Assembly: GCF_006345805.1 (NCBI RefSeq)
Contig: NC_042999.1
Location: forward strand, 94,240,001 to 94,304,000
Source of the DNA: Octopus sinensis
Taxonomy: Eukaryota
Direction of reading: 5' to 3'
DNA: 64,000 nt
Shown here: positions 25,939 through 38,653 of the stretch, one piece after another
Position numbering within the stretch: position 1 is the first letter of the stretch
How the letters are laid out: every line of letters begins with the position of its first letter
The notes under the pieces: model-generated
Database searches by the model: none
What the model saw: the letters and a program-made list of their open reading frames with translations, nothing else
What the model was told of the DNA's origin: nothing
Made by a program: the position numbers and the translations under genes

Positions 25939-27333
25939 AACAATAAACAAGATGATGACAAATATCCATCAAATGTAAATAATGTACATAATTCCTCATC
26001 TCTCAAATACGGAAATGTTCTATACTATATTATCGACATTCGTATATTTTACCTTATATCAGTCAGTAAAATATTTTTCATATCCTCCAGGTGTTAAACC
26101 TTAAAAGAGGAATGCGAAGTTTTTTTGAACTGCATATATTTAGTTTACCTTTAAATGTATAAATAGTATCATTAATGACGCACTGAAATGCAATATATAG
26201 TACAATAAAACAGGGTATGTCGCATATATACACTGAAAAAAGCACGAGAAAATAACTGAAATGAAAAAAATAGGATACGTTTCAATCTAAGTAACGCGAC
26301 CTTGTAAAGTGCATGTTTCCGTACTGCTTTCCATTGAAAGAAGCTACAGTAATGCAGGCCCTCTCTGTGTAATTGAAGCAGTCAAGAAGTTGCCAGATTT
26401 TTGTTTTTTAAAATTACGTCTATTAGTTATACTGTTTGAATAGGGCACTAACAATATAACACAATATTCAAATTGAAACGTAACGTTAAAATGCAATGGT
26501 CAATTTTGCGAAAAATATATGTACGCGATAGGATAATTTATTTGTAACTTTTGAAATTAGCGGGTAAAAATTTATGAATTTCCCAAATAAATGTGAAACA
26601 GGTTTTGATCATAGATCTATGTTATTGAAAAACTACCCCACATATTACTATTTCATTTATTGTTTATGAAATAATATAAAAACAGCTAACATCATAAAAC
26701 CTGATGTAGCGCCAGAAAGGATGGTAGAGTAGGTACGATTGAACAACTTCTCCAATATAGATTCAGTCGTGATAGTTAAAACAAAGAACGAACTATTTAC
26801 ACCTAGACATAATACTTTTATAATATCCAATTTCTTTGTTTGTGTTTTGAGGTAGATAACTTCCCTTGAAACTTAGATAAAATAGAATTATTTGTAATGG
26901 TTCAATAGAGTATTCTCTTGCAGACATTTATATCTTTGTTCAAATATAGAAAATTATGGTATTTCCGATTCCTAGCATTGAAGTAAGAACCGAGAATTAA
27001 TTCACATAAACACAGACTATTATATTTCATATTGATGACAGGGATGTTCAAACAACATGTGATAGACAGACGATGACAGAGAGATTGTATGACGCCCTCG
27101 ACTTTCTCAATTTCGTTACTGGCAAAATACAAGTAATATGATACCCTAGCAATCAAAGCTTTGTTGATAGCCAGTTCGCTAAAAGATTAACTATACACTC
27201 TCCTACTTGATGAGTAACATTTTAAAATTAATTAAAGAGCATACAGGATCTATATCAAATGAATGATTTTACTACTACCAGGCACAGGACATTTCACTGA
27301 CGCCGGCAATAAGATTATCTACAAACAGGAATA

Positions 27334-27374
<41 letters not shown>

Positions 27375-27382
27375 GTACGAAT

Positions 27383-27419
<37 letters not shown>

Positions 27420-27438
27420 CGTACGAATACACACACAC

Positions 27439-27470
<32 letters not shown>

Positions 27471-27646
27471 ATTCATACGTATATATGTGTGTGTGTATTC
27501 GCACGTATATATGTGTGAGTGTGTGTGTATTCGTACGTATATGTGTGTGTGTGTGTATTCGTACGTATAATTGTGTGTACTCGTACGTATATTTGTATAT
27601 ATATGCGTGTGTGTGTGCAAACATGCACACATACACACATACTTAC

Positions 27647-27669
27647 CGCAGCATTAGTCGTGTGTATTC
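27647..27669 (-). CDS. Candidate 23-nt microexon, phase 1 to phase 0 (xGA ATA CAC ACG ACT AAT GCT GCG = R/G-IHTTNAA)
   Basis: Branch-like CTAAT plus TACCTCTTCATAG acceptor and a consensus GCG|GTAAGT donor; exit phase matches the 21285 terminal exon. Confidence 0.4.
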
Positions 27670-28329
27670 CTATGAAGAGGTAATTAGCATTCTGCCCGTA
27701 GGACTTAAAAAATACTTACAGTTGACCTTTTAACATCGATGAAAGCAATGATGTAAAGTGTCTACATATTAAGTGTTTGCACAAAAATAGAAACCTGTGC
27801 CAAACCAACGCATTGAGATAAAGAACTAAAACATTAGTTGAATCTTTCTAAACATTCTATTAATTCATCATTGAAATCGAATGTCAAATCAATTGTGTTG
27901 CAATTTCTCTCATGTTAGAGGGCAAGTTTGTATCTGGCTTCACTTTCTTTAATCTGGATGAGAATGTATAAAGTAATCGCACTTTATATTTTCTGTTGAA
28001 TAGTGGTTTACAAAATTATTTACCGTGATCACCCACATATATATTTTATCAGTTTGTGTAACTCAACTGCCTCTCGTGGAATTTACTCTGCTGTTGCACT
28101 TGTTCAATGATATGACGCTGGTACTTCATGCAGAAGAGTCGTCGGTTATATAATGACCCCACAACTTGAGAAATTGTTTGTCTTTATAACAGGTAGATAT
28201 TTACAACGAGAAAACTTTCTTTGTACAACAGCTAAATGAATATGCCTGTTGACATAGTACAGTTACTGGAACGTCTTATAAATGGTATTCTCTTCCATCG
28301 CTTAATTAGTATATCATAAATATAATGTA

Positions 28330-28510
28330 GGGCGGCAGGATCGTTAGCAGCGTTTCATCCGTCATCACCTTTGAGTTCAAAATCCTCTGAGGTTGACTTT
28401 GTTTTTTGAGAGTAGATAAAACAAATACCAGTCGAGCACTGGGGTCAGTATAATCGACTTACCCCATCTCCCGAAACTGCTGGCCTTGAGCTGAAGTTTG
28501 AAACCAATAT
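28330..28510 (+). mobile_element. Decayed SINE family B
   Basis: GGCAGGATCGTTAGCA...GAGTTCAAAATCC...CCAGTCGAGCACTGGGGTC...ATCGACTTACCCC. Confidence 0.65.
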
Positions 28511-28514
28511 ACAT

Positions 28515-28897
28515 ATTGGTCCAGGCCATGTCTAAATTAATATCACTACCTGATAAGATAATCTAAATCCTTTTTAAGTCAAATTTTGTTTATGGTCCGT
28601 TCAAGTAGTGAGTTCCTGTTGAATAAGTTGAATCCAGGTATAGGCGGCTTATCTGGTATTCCTTGATGAAATCTGTCCAGATTCCGTTTAAAGGTGATGG
28701 GATCCTTTTCCTCTTTAATCATTTTGGGACAATGTTAAACAGTGCCGGGCCTGTTGAGGAAACGAAATTATGCCGCAGTGTACTTATATGTTGTGATCTT
28801 GAACTGGGCTGGGGACGTATGGCTCGTGGTCCCAACCTTGGATGAATCTTGAAACTAATATTCAGGTCATTTGGGTAATTCTGTCGGTATATTCTCC
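28515..28897 (-). mobile_element. CR1-like LINE 3' end (subfamily related to 8955-9975)
   Basis: PNDLNISFKIHPRLGPRAIRP..LRHNFVSSTGPALFNIVPK aligns with the 9029-9358 ORF; shared 3' UTR TAGACATGGCCTGG.CCAAT. Confidence 0.85.
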
Positions 28898-31079
28898 ACA
28901 CACACACACATATATATATATATGTGTTCTTTTATTCTTTTACTAGTTTCAGAGTTTTGACTGCGGCAAAACCGGAGCACCGCTTTGTTATATCTATATA
29001 ATATATTAAACATTTTACTTCTTTTCATTATATTTGTACTTGTGTAGCTTTATTTGATTTCATATCTGGATTCGAAATTATTCTGGTGCATATAAGAAAA
29101 TTAGGTTCCGGTTGTTGTGATTCTAGAAAGTTAAGAAACTTAAGAAAAATTTTTCCCTACTGGGTTTGAAATAATGTTATTAGTACACTTGATGCTACTG
29201 TTCTAATAACATTTGTAGAAATTATTTTTCGTAATTACAATACGAAAACACTGCACTCATACACAGACATACTCACATACACACGCACATACAAACATAT
29301 ACATACGCACATATATACACGCTCCATCACTCTATCAAAGCCTCTCCCCCACTTTCTCTCTCTCTCAAACACACGCATACACACACGCACACATACAAAC
29401 ACACATATTGCACATGCAATATATATATATAGGTTAAAATCTATGGAAAGATTGATTTAAAAATGAATATGGACATCTGCTGCTCTCCAGATTCCCAGAG
29501 ATATCACGAATGGGTAATTAAATGTAATTAAAGTATTTAAAACAGTAATGCGTTTGGGTAAGACACACCACTGGAACAAAGGCAGTCAAGTCAGTTAAAT
29601 TACGGTAGATTATGGTTCTGACGGTCATTAGACGCTAAAGTACCGTAAGTACTACGTTTATACGTATTACATAACTATCTATATTTGAATTTTATACTTA
29701 TAGTAGGGAAACAATGTGGAGGACTGTGAAGGAAACAAAGTAAAAATAAAATAGAAACGAAGAAACAGACACAAAAACAATTCCACTCTTACAATGATAT
29801 ACCGGTTTATGTCTCTGCATGTATACGTGTATTTCCGTGTTTGTATCTGTGTGTGCGCCTGTCTGTATTTGCCTTTGTGTGAATACTTTTTTTTTCATAT
29901 TTGTTCAAGTTGGTATGTGTTCAATTGCCATTGAATCTATAGTAAATAAGTTTCACAGAATTACAAGACAAAACATTAAACTGCCATTCTTAGACGCAGT
30001 GAAATCAAATGCTCTAGCGCCTAACAATCTGTATAGTTGGCGTTTCCTAAACCATAATTGATACTTTAATGGCGTACTGAAGTCTACAGTGTTATAGTCT
30101 ATGTAAGATTGCCAAGATATGAAGTAAATTCCTGGGTGATTTAAGATTTGTTGAACAGCTGATGTTGCTACGAAGACTATTTTGTGAAATACACTTACTA
30201 TTATAGCTTTTATGTTTCTTTAATATTCGTAAATATTGTTGAATATTTCTTTCGGAAATGTTAGTGCTCGACATTTGTTTATGCAATGATAGTTATCAGA
30301 ATATCTTCAGGACATATTATGTTAATTCTTCAGATTAAATATAATACAGAATACATTAATCAATATCATCTCCCGTCATTTATTTTAATCTCTTCAGACA
30401 TTCATGTAATGATGTGTTTCTAACTAAATGTAAAACTATTTTTATAGCTTATACCGAGCTCATAAAGACGTTAGGAGAAAGAAAGAGTTCGAATTCAGAA
30501 TGAATATGATCAATACGCTATTTATATGAGATTTACAGGAAAGGTTACAGACTGGTCATCAATATTTAGTTGAAATCTTGATAAAACTGATGAAACAAGG
30601 GAAATGTACACCTGTAAATAGCTCTTGTTTGGTAGATAATATACAATCCTTTCTGCTATAGGCATAAGGTCAGAAATTTTGGGGAACTGGATAGTCGATT
30701 GCATCGACTCTCTCACTGGACATATATTTGATTTAGCAACCCCGAAGAACGAAAGACTAAGTCAGCCACAGGGTAATTTGAAATCAGAAGGCCAATCCGT
30801 GAAGGGTGTCGCCAGGAATTTTAACGGACGTGTTGACGGTTCTCCCAGTACACTACCTTTGTATACAATATATAATAAACAATACGTTTTATACGCAATG
30901 TGCAATAAAACACAATGTGCAGGAAACTGAGTGCCGTTACTGAACATGGACAGCTGCGTGTGCATATAGGTACAACTCCACCCAAGCATTTCTCCTCGTA
31001 TGTGTAGGTATATATGACTGTAACACTGCATTGACCAGACCATCAGATACTGTTATACACCGCTAGTTAACAATGCACC

Positions 31080-31490
31080 TCCAATTCTGTCGTGATTGAG
31101 ACATTATTTTCCATCTCGACAAAACTTACTTGACTAACTCATTTTCCGTTGTCGTGTAGGCCTTCCAAGTGACCTTTTCTGATCTCTTCGTTACCTCTCA
31201 GCAACTGTACAGGTTCTTCGTAAACAGCTTACGGATGTGAGACAAGAGTTATATGAAGCAATAGTTTTTAAAACATTCTTTACCAGCCCTGTTATAAATC
31301 GGGATGTTGTTTGACTCTTTCCAAAATGAGGGTATTTTACACACTTTCAAATAGCGATTAAAACGAAAAGATGAGGATTTTTCACGGATCTTCACCTCGG
31401 CATTTTAAGATCTTTGTTGTGACGCAATTAGTTCCGAGACGCTTTGTCCGTTTTCATCCGTTTGAGGATATTTTCAGCATCACTTTATTC
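31080..31490 (-). mobile_element. Decayed RTE-type LINE RT N-terminal fragment
   Basis: ENILKRMKTDKAS, IP.FWKESNNIPIYN, KNYCFI*LLSHIRKLFTK, resembling the RT subdomain 0-2 region. Confidence 0.55.
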
Positions 31491-31503
31491 GCATTTATAT
31501 ATG

Positions 31504-31540
31504 TTAATAATAATAATAATAATAATATAATAATAATAAT

Positions 31541-31589
<49 letters not shown>

Positions 31590-31600
31590 AATAATTAACA
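31504..31600 (+). repeat. (AAT)n microsatellite
   Basis: Direct repeats. Confidence 0.95.
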
Positions 31601-31771
31601 ACAAAAGAATGAGACCTCTGTATTATGCAAATAGAGGATTATTTGTATATGTTATAATTTTGATAATAATTAATGTTATAGGTGTAAATTGCCATTAGAG
31701 TACTCGTAGTTTCGAGATATGCATGTTTCTATATGTGCCGGATTTAGGCGTGTGATAGGAGTATGTGTATG

Positions 31772-31830
<59 letters not shown>

Positions 31831-32321
31831 TTGTATATATATATGTATGTATGTGTGTACAGTGTTATGTATATACATGCAAGCATCTACGTACAAATAT
31901 GGATGAAGTTGCGTACACACACACACATGCATATATATATATATATATACATACAAGAGTATGTATGTATGTGGATATGTGTATGTATGAGTACGTTCAT
32001 GTAGATATATGTTTGTGTATGTGTATGTGCGTATACATGTTTTTTGTGAGTAAATATGTAGACGTTATGAAACGTATGAACACATTATGAAAGCAGGAGG
32101 TTTATGTCTATATATTGTGGGAATATGGTTGCATGTACTATTATCTCTTTTGTTTTTTTTTCTTTTTCTACATCCCCTTTATTTCAACTTCCTTTTTAGT
32201 CAACGGTTTTTCGCAGCATCTATTACCATTAATACCCGATGTGAATACATCGTAGCTTTTCGCTGCCAGATTCGAAGCTCCGAGTACTATAATAACAACC
32301 TACTGCTTATTCCAAATTATA

Positions 32322-32387
<66 letters not shown>

Positions 32388-33849
32388 ACATGTATCATCA
32401 TATGTGTATTATTTTCAAATTACGTAATATATTACACATACATGTGCGCGCGCATGAGGATTCTGAATAGTTTCCGCTGATCAAATTTTCCTTCCTCGCA
32501 CTTGGCTATGCTGTCTTAGAGTATAAGACTGAAAACTCATTAGTACGAATCTCTTTCCTCGAACACTCACTTAAGCATGTGCCAAGCCTATAGATCTTTT
32601 GATATGTCCGGGATCTCTGTTACCATTGAATTTAATGGATAGGACGATATCCGTGCATTTTCTTACAGTAATAGCTATGAATGTCAAATGACATCTTCAA
32701 GCGTGTCAAACTGATCGAATCGCCGCATTTTAATATAGTGCGTTTATTACTACGTCAATGAGTACTTGAATAAATCTTTATAAAATTGATACTGTATTCG
32801 TAATTTACAATATTCATTATATTCCGGATGCATGATCAGAATATTGTCTTAAAATATTTTAATCACATTTAATGAAGAAGATAATGTTTTTGGCTATTGT
32901 GATGATGGTAATGACAATAAAGAGCAGCAATAAGGATAAATATGTTTATGGTTATTAGCAGAATCAATAGTGCATCGCATTGCAAAGCTTTGTGGCATTA
33001 AATCCGTCTTTTTACGTTTTGCGTTGAAATTCCCAAGAGTCGATTTTGGCTATTTTCCTTGGAATGTCGATAATTACAGGATCAATAATCTCAAGTGTAA
33101 CCTTCCCACCAAAATATATGATTGTGTGCCAATGTAAGAAACTATTATTATTAATATTAGTATTAATATAATTATCATTGAAGAGATGATCAATAATTAA
33201 TTAGTAGAGCGGCGTAAAAAATATGCTTTGTAGTAACGATTATGTCTCTCTAAATTCAGCCTTAAAATCCCGCCTGGGTTCCCTTTGTCAGGCAGTTCTG
33301 AGGGATCAATAAATTAGCAACCATTATTTAAGCATTCTGTTAAATGTGATCCAGCAGTTTTTAATTATTTTCGAAAAAGCAGCAGTTTGTCGAATATGTA
33401 GGGTCTCTGACGATATGCATGTTAGTATTGATTCCTTTTCACCTTTGCATTTCAAATCCGTCCAGGGTCAGCTTGTATGTTTTCTAGCCTGGATAGAATA
33501 AAAAGAATGTCTAGTACGGATTCGATTTTCATCAATTTATGTTCTCAGAAGTTCTGTACCGTTTTGCTATTGTAAGAATTTTTATTAAAAGTAGTATGAG
33601 AAACAGTAGAAATAGCAGTAGCAACAGGTGCAGCAACAGGTTCTGCATTCGATACAGCGACGGGAAAGGAGGTGGAAGCACAAGGAATATTAGTAAGAAA
33701 GTGGTGAAATTACAAAGACTTCAGATCACCGAAAAATCCCCTAACGTTATTTTCACACAAGCTTTCTTGTTGGTTTCAGAAAACTTTAATGCCGAATTCG
33801 TCATTCAACACTTTTAAAACAATTGATGTAAATTTACGCAGGCAATATA

Positions 33850-34460
33850 CATTCTTTATTTCGGTCGACGTAATTATACGCCGCCTGACTTGCAACCTGT
33901 TGTCTGAGTCAGAACGCGTAGACGTCCCTGATTCTCTCCACGCCGCATGATGAAGGGGCGTGGACATTTTCCACTGCTGTTTCTCTCCACCGCCAAGAAC
34001 ACAAATGCTTCATAGAGATGCGCATTACATAAAGCAAAATGGAAACGTATGGAAGCTAGAGACCATTGTTCACAACGTGATATACACTCTGTGTGGTACT
34101 CTGTTTTGAACTCTACCACACTAAAGACAATTTTTCAATTCACGTGATTGTAAATGCATGAAGTTGATCTGGCATATGCTGTTGAGTGATCATGCTCAGG
34201 AATAATACCGCATGAGCGTCCTGCATAGAGGTATAGTGTAGGTAAATAAACAGTACTTGCACTAAAGCGATTCACGTAAATATACGCCCAACGTTAACTC
34301 GCACTGAGAGCTGACCTGAATGCCCCAGATTACCGCTGCCGCGCGCAGACAGCCGGAGGAATCACCGCCGTAACCTGGTTACATTGTCGTGCGTTAATTG
34401 CTGATCTCAGCCTAGATGATTACCGCCAATGCAACCTAGCTGCTTGATTGAAAACAAAAA
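33850..34460. promoter_or_regulatory. CpG-rich, non-repetitive island; candidate promoter or enhancer
   Basis: Visibly more GC- and CpG-rich than the flanks; GATTACCGC twice (34328, 34418), AATCACCGCC (34360), palindrome GTAACC-T-GGTTAC (34370-34382), CCAAT (34426-34430). Confidence 0.35.
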
Positions 34461-35934
34461 CCGGTGTCATGAGATTAAATGTGTAGAACGTCTAACAGGT
34501 TGCGTGGAATAAAACATCAAGAAAGGCAAAGATAATGATTAAAAGAAATAAATGAAAGAAATTTGAAAAAAAGATACTACTGGGTATATAAGTATATATT
34601 CGATAATTCACGATACCAGTTACTGATATTTCATTTATCTTAAATATAGACATTCCATGTATATTTTTCAAGTGCTTCGAAATAATTTCTCGTAAATTTT
34701 TGTGACAATGAGGTTTCTTGCGTGAAGCGGTGCTAGCATTGAACCTTGGAACCTGAAATTGGAAAGTGAGAGCGATGTTTATTTTTATGTTATAGGCATT
34801 TCATCGCCGTGTATTTTATCTTGATAGATTACCTGAAAATTTTAAATATCGGCATATTTTGGGATAGAATCAGAATTTTGTCTCAAGCTGGTTTACATCT
34901 GGCTATCTTGCTTGTGACTAATTCACAGAATGACATCCTAAGCCTCGTAGAAAAGAAAGGCATCCATGTAGTAGAAAAGGATATTTCCTAAGTGGTTACG
35001 TAAGCTATGTACATATATCTTCAATGTCGAGAAAGAATAAGAGGTTGTGAGAATAATAAGACGTGAGACAAGATGTCGGCAATCAATCACACAACACGTG
35101 TGTGCGTTTGGGTAACGTGTGCAATAATTATTAAATGCATATAATTATACAGCCACAAGACGAAAACACAAAATAGGACAAAAATCACACACGCACTTGT
35201 ATGTATGTATATATACATACATTATGATTACATCAGTACTCACTACTCAGTTAAAATAAGGTAATGCAATGTGGTATATATATATATATGTTTATATGTT
35301 TATAAAATAAACAAACTAGACGTTCTCTAACGCCAACTTCAAGCCTCTTGTCATCATAACATTCACGAGAAAACGCGTTTAATACGTCTCTAGTTTTCCA
35401 GAAATATATTTTCAAAAAATAATTTATTTCTATTTTCGTTATGAATAAATGAACTATTTCACCTGAAAGAAATAATGAAATCTGAATAATTATTCTGGAA
35501 AATTAAATATAGTTATAAATCAAAGTTAGAAAACAGAGAAGAAAAGAATGGAGATTAATAAATACGCACAAAAATACAGAGGAGAGAGACGAAAAAGTTA
35601 CACGAGACTAAATAACAAAAATAAGACGCAAACTCAGTCAGTATTCATGCAGACATGTGTTTGCATGGTGACGGATAAAGGTTCTATGAACTTTTCATTT
35701 GATAGACTCTTTTCAAAATGCCTATACTTCTGAAAATCCCATGTTCATTGCAGCGCGTTTGCTAAATATTCGGGAAATAAATGTATATGTAAGTTTTATT
35801 TTCAATCCATCTTTATATTGAAACGGGATGATGCATTCTCAATATTTTCTCTATTGAAACATTTATGATTATGATTAGGTTTTTTACAGGCTATAGGCGG
35901 GGAATATGATCCCATTTTAATATATATGTGAGGC

Positions 35935-36194
35935 TTTCAAGATGGAAAGGTGTCAGAATAGCGCCACCGAGTGAAATGATTTGCAGCATTTCGCCATCTT
36001 CACGTTCTGAGTTTAAATTCCGCTGAATCTTACTTTGCAATTCATTCCTTTGGGACCGATGCAATAAGTACCAGTTGAGTATTGGACTAGATTTATCGGA
36101 GTCGATAATTTAAGAACCGGTGAAACCCTGGGTCTGGTGTAATCGACTAGTCCCATCCCTCCAAATTTCAGGCCTTATACCTTTAGTTGAAGGG

Positions 36195-36195
<1 letters not shown>
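35935..36195 (+). mobile_element. Decayed SINE family B
   Basis: GCAGCATTTCGCCATCTTCACGTTCTGAGTTTAAATTCCGC...ATAAGTACCAGTTGAGTA...TAATCGACTAGTCCC...TTTCAGGCCTT. Confidence 0.65.
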
Positions 36196-36251
<56 letters not shown>

Positions 36252-36256
<5 letters not shown>

Positions 36257-36720
36257 TGAGTGACAGAGCAGTGCATGCCATCAAAGTTAACTCTGGAGTA
36301 CAAATATACGAAGCCCAGTAAACTCATCATGACTACCCGTCTGATAGGGGTACATCAGGTACATACATTACAATCATATACGCGCGACATGGTGATCTCA
36401 TATCAAGATAAACAGCGCATGACCTTGCAGGTGGAGCCCAGTTAGAATTTTCTTCAGGTCGGGTAGCCAAACCCAATCAAAAGATCCCTGATTAAAGTGT
36501 GATTAAGGATGTTGAATGAAACACCCATTTTCCAGAGGTGAAATATTCATACCCCAAATAATTCCTCTCAACACATGGCCATGATGCTCCGCCACTACTT
36601 CACTTAATGATCAGAGACGCACATATAGTCAACCAATAAGAGTCATGCTCAACTGGCTAAGGCCAAGCAACTGGCAAGTAAATATGTGGTACTGGGCGGA
36701 ATATTTGCTTTTATATCAGG
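36252..36720 (-). mobile_element. Non-coding interspersed element with a (TAA)n tail (second copy 37461-37929)
   Basis: Non-coding ~470-bp block ending on the minus strand in ...CACTCAATGG(TAA)n. I recognise it as a common octopus repeat from memory only. Confidence 0.4.
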
Positions 36721-36789
36721 ACAAACCATACACATGAAAACATTTCCAATCGGTTTAGTTGAGAAACTATGAGATCCACTGCATTACTG

Positions 36790-37385
36790 AAATTATCATC
36801 ATCATCATTATTATTATTATCATTCTTCTTCTTATTATTATTATTGTTATTGTTATTATTATTGTTATTATTATAGTTATTATTATTACTATTATTTCAT
36901 ATACGCTCAACAGATTAGACTGTTGGAAAATAAAAATTCCTAACATCGGACTACAACGAGTAACTTTAGATGCGAAGAACTCTCTTAAGTATCCTAGCTC
37001 TCACTAATATCACTGTTTTCTGGAGCTATACTAAACTGGACTTTATGCCTATTTCCTCTATCCATCTTTTGAATTCTTTAGTGAGAGTTCCTAATGCACC
37101 TATATCTACGTGGATACATTTTACTCGCACTATTCATAGTCTATGTAACTCATTGGCTAAGTCCTGCAACTTTGCTATTTTCTGTACAGCTTTCATATTG
37201 ACTTTCTCATAATTTGGGACTTTCTCATCATTTGGCACTTTCTAATCTAGTATTTATTTCTCTTTCCGCCTGAATGTTAAAGTCTCACAACAACTTAGTT
37301 CTTACTTTCTAGTACTTTACTATGTTAATTTTCATAAAATTTATTAGTATAATCAAATCCTACTTTTCTACATAACTCCCAGTGG
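36790..37385 (-). mobile_element. R4/Dong-type LINE 3' end with (TAA)n tail (second copy 37999-38594)
   Basis: HWELCRKVGFDYTNKFYE, KIAKLQDLANELHRL, IHVDIGALGTL, LQKTVIL..ARILKRVLRI*, short 3' UTR, tail about 36790-36895; the 5' break abuts (ATT)n. Confidence 0.8.
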
Positions 37386-37401
37386 ATTATTATTATTATT
37401 A

Positions 37402-37447
<46 letters not shown>

Positions 37448-38594
37448 TATTATTATTATTACCATTGAGTGACAGAGCAGTGCATGCCATCAAAGTTAAC
37501 TCTGGAGTACAAATATACGAAGCCCAGTAAACTCATCATGACTACCCGTCTGATAGGGGTACATCAGGTACATACATTACAATCATATACGCGCGACATG
37601 GTGATCTCATATCAAGATAAACAGCGCATGACCTTGCAGGTGGAGCCCAGTTAGAATTTTCTTCAGGTCGGGTAGCCAAACCCAATCAAAAGATCCCTGA
37701 TTAAAGTGTGATTAAGGATGTTGAATGAAACACCCATTTTCCAGAGGTGAAATATTCATACCCCAAATAATTCCTCTCAACACATGGCCATGATGCTCCG
37801 CCACTACTTCACTTAATGATCAGAGACGCACATATAGTCAACCAATAAGAGTCATGCTCAACTGGCTAAGGCCAAGCAACTGGCAAGTAAATATGTGGTA
37901 CTGGGCGGAATATTTGCTTTTATATCAGGACAAACCATACACATGAAAACATTTCCAATCGGTTTAGTTGAGAAACTATGAGATCCACTGCATTACTGAA
38001 ATTATCATCATCATCATTATTATTATTATCATTCTTCTTCTTATTATTATTATTGTTATTGTTATTATTATTGTTATTATTATAGTTATTATTATTACTA
38101 TTATTTCATATACGCTCAACAGATTAGACTGTTGGAAAATAAAAATTCCTAACATCGGACTACAACGAGTAACTTTAGATGCGAAGAACTCTCTTAAGTA
38201 TCCTAGCTCTCACTAATATCACTGTTTTCTGGAGCTATACTAAACTGGACTTTATGCCTATTTCCTCTATCCATCTTTTGAATTCTTTAGTGAGAGTTCC
38301 TAATGCACCTATATCTACGTGGATACATTTTACTCGCACTATTCATAGTCTATGTAACTCATTGGCTAAGTCCTGCAACTTTGCTATTTTCTGTACAGCT
38401 TTCATATTGACTTTCTCATAATTTGGGACTTTCTCATCATTTGGCACTTTCTAATCTAGTATTTATTTCTCTTTCCGCCTGAATGTTAAAGTCTCACAAC
38501 AACTTAGTTCTTACTTTCTAGTACTTTACTATGTTAATTTTCATAAAATTTATTAGTATAATCAAATCCTACTTTTCTACATAACTCCCAGTGG

Positions 38595-38653
<59 letters not shown>

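Larger units (their letters stand above)
25548..26000. mobile_element. Non-autonomous Penelope-type element with ~100-bp inverted terminal repeats
   Basis: 25550-25655 is the reverse complement, with scattered mismatches, of 25895-25995 (TTTACATTTGA.GGATATTTGTC...CAACG.TTCGGCTGAT..ACTCTCC.GCCTTCATCAGGTG); about 240 bp spacer. Confidence 0.7.

Noticed and set aside
27710-27770. Extra GTAAGT donor about 50 nt upstream of the microexon
   Set aside because: Joining it in the frame required by the terminal exon creates T+GA, a stop; the intron would also be very short.
33940-33967. TPLHHAA resembling an ankyrin-repeat start
   Set aside because: The following residues do not continue the ankyrin consensus (no G..E.V..LL..GA), so no domain is assigned.
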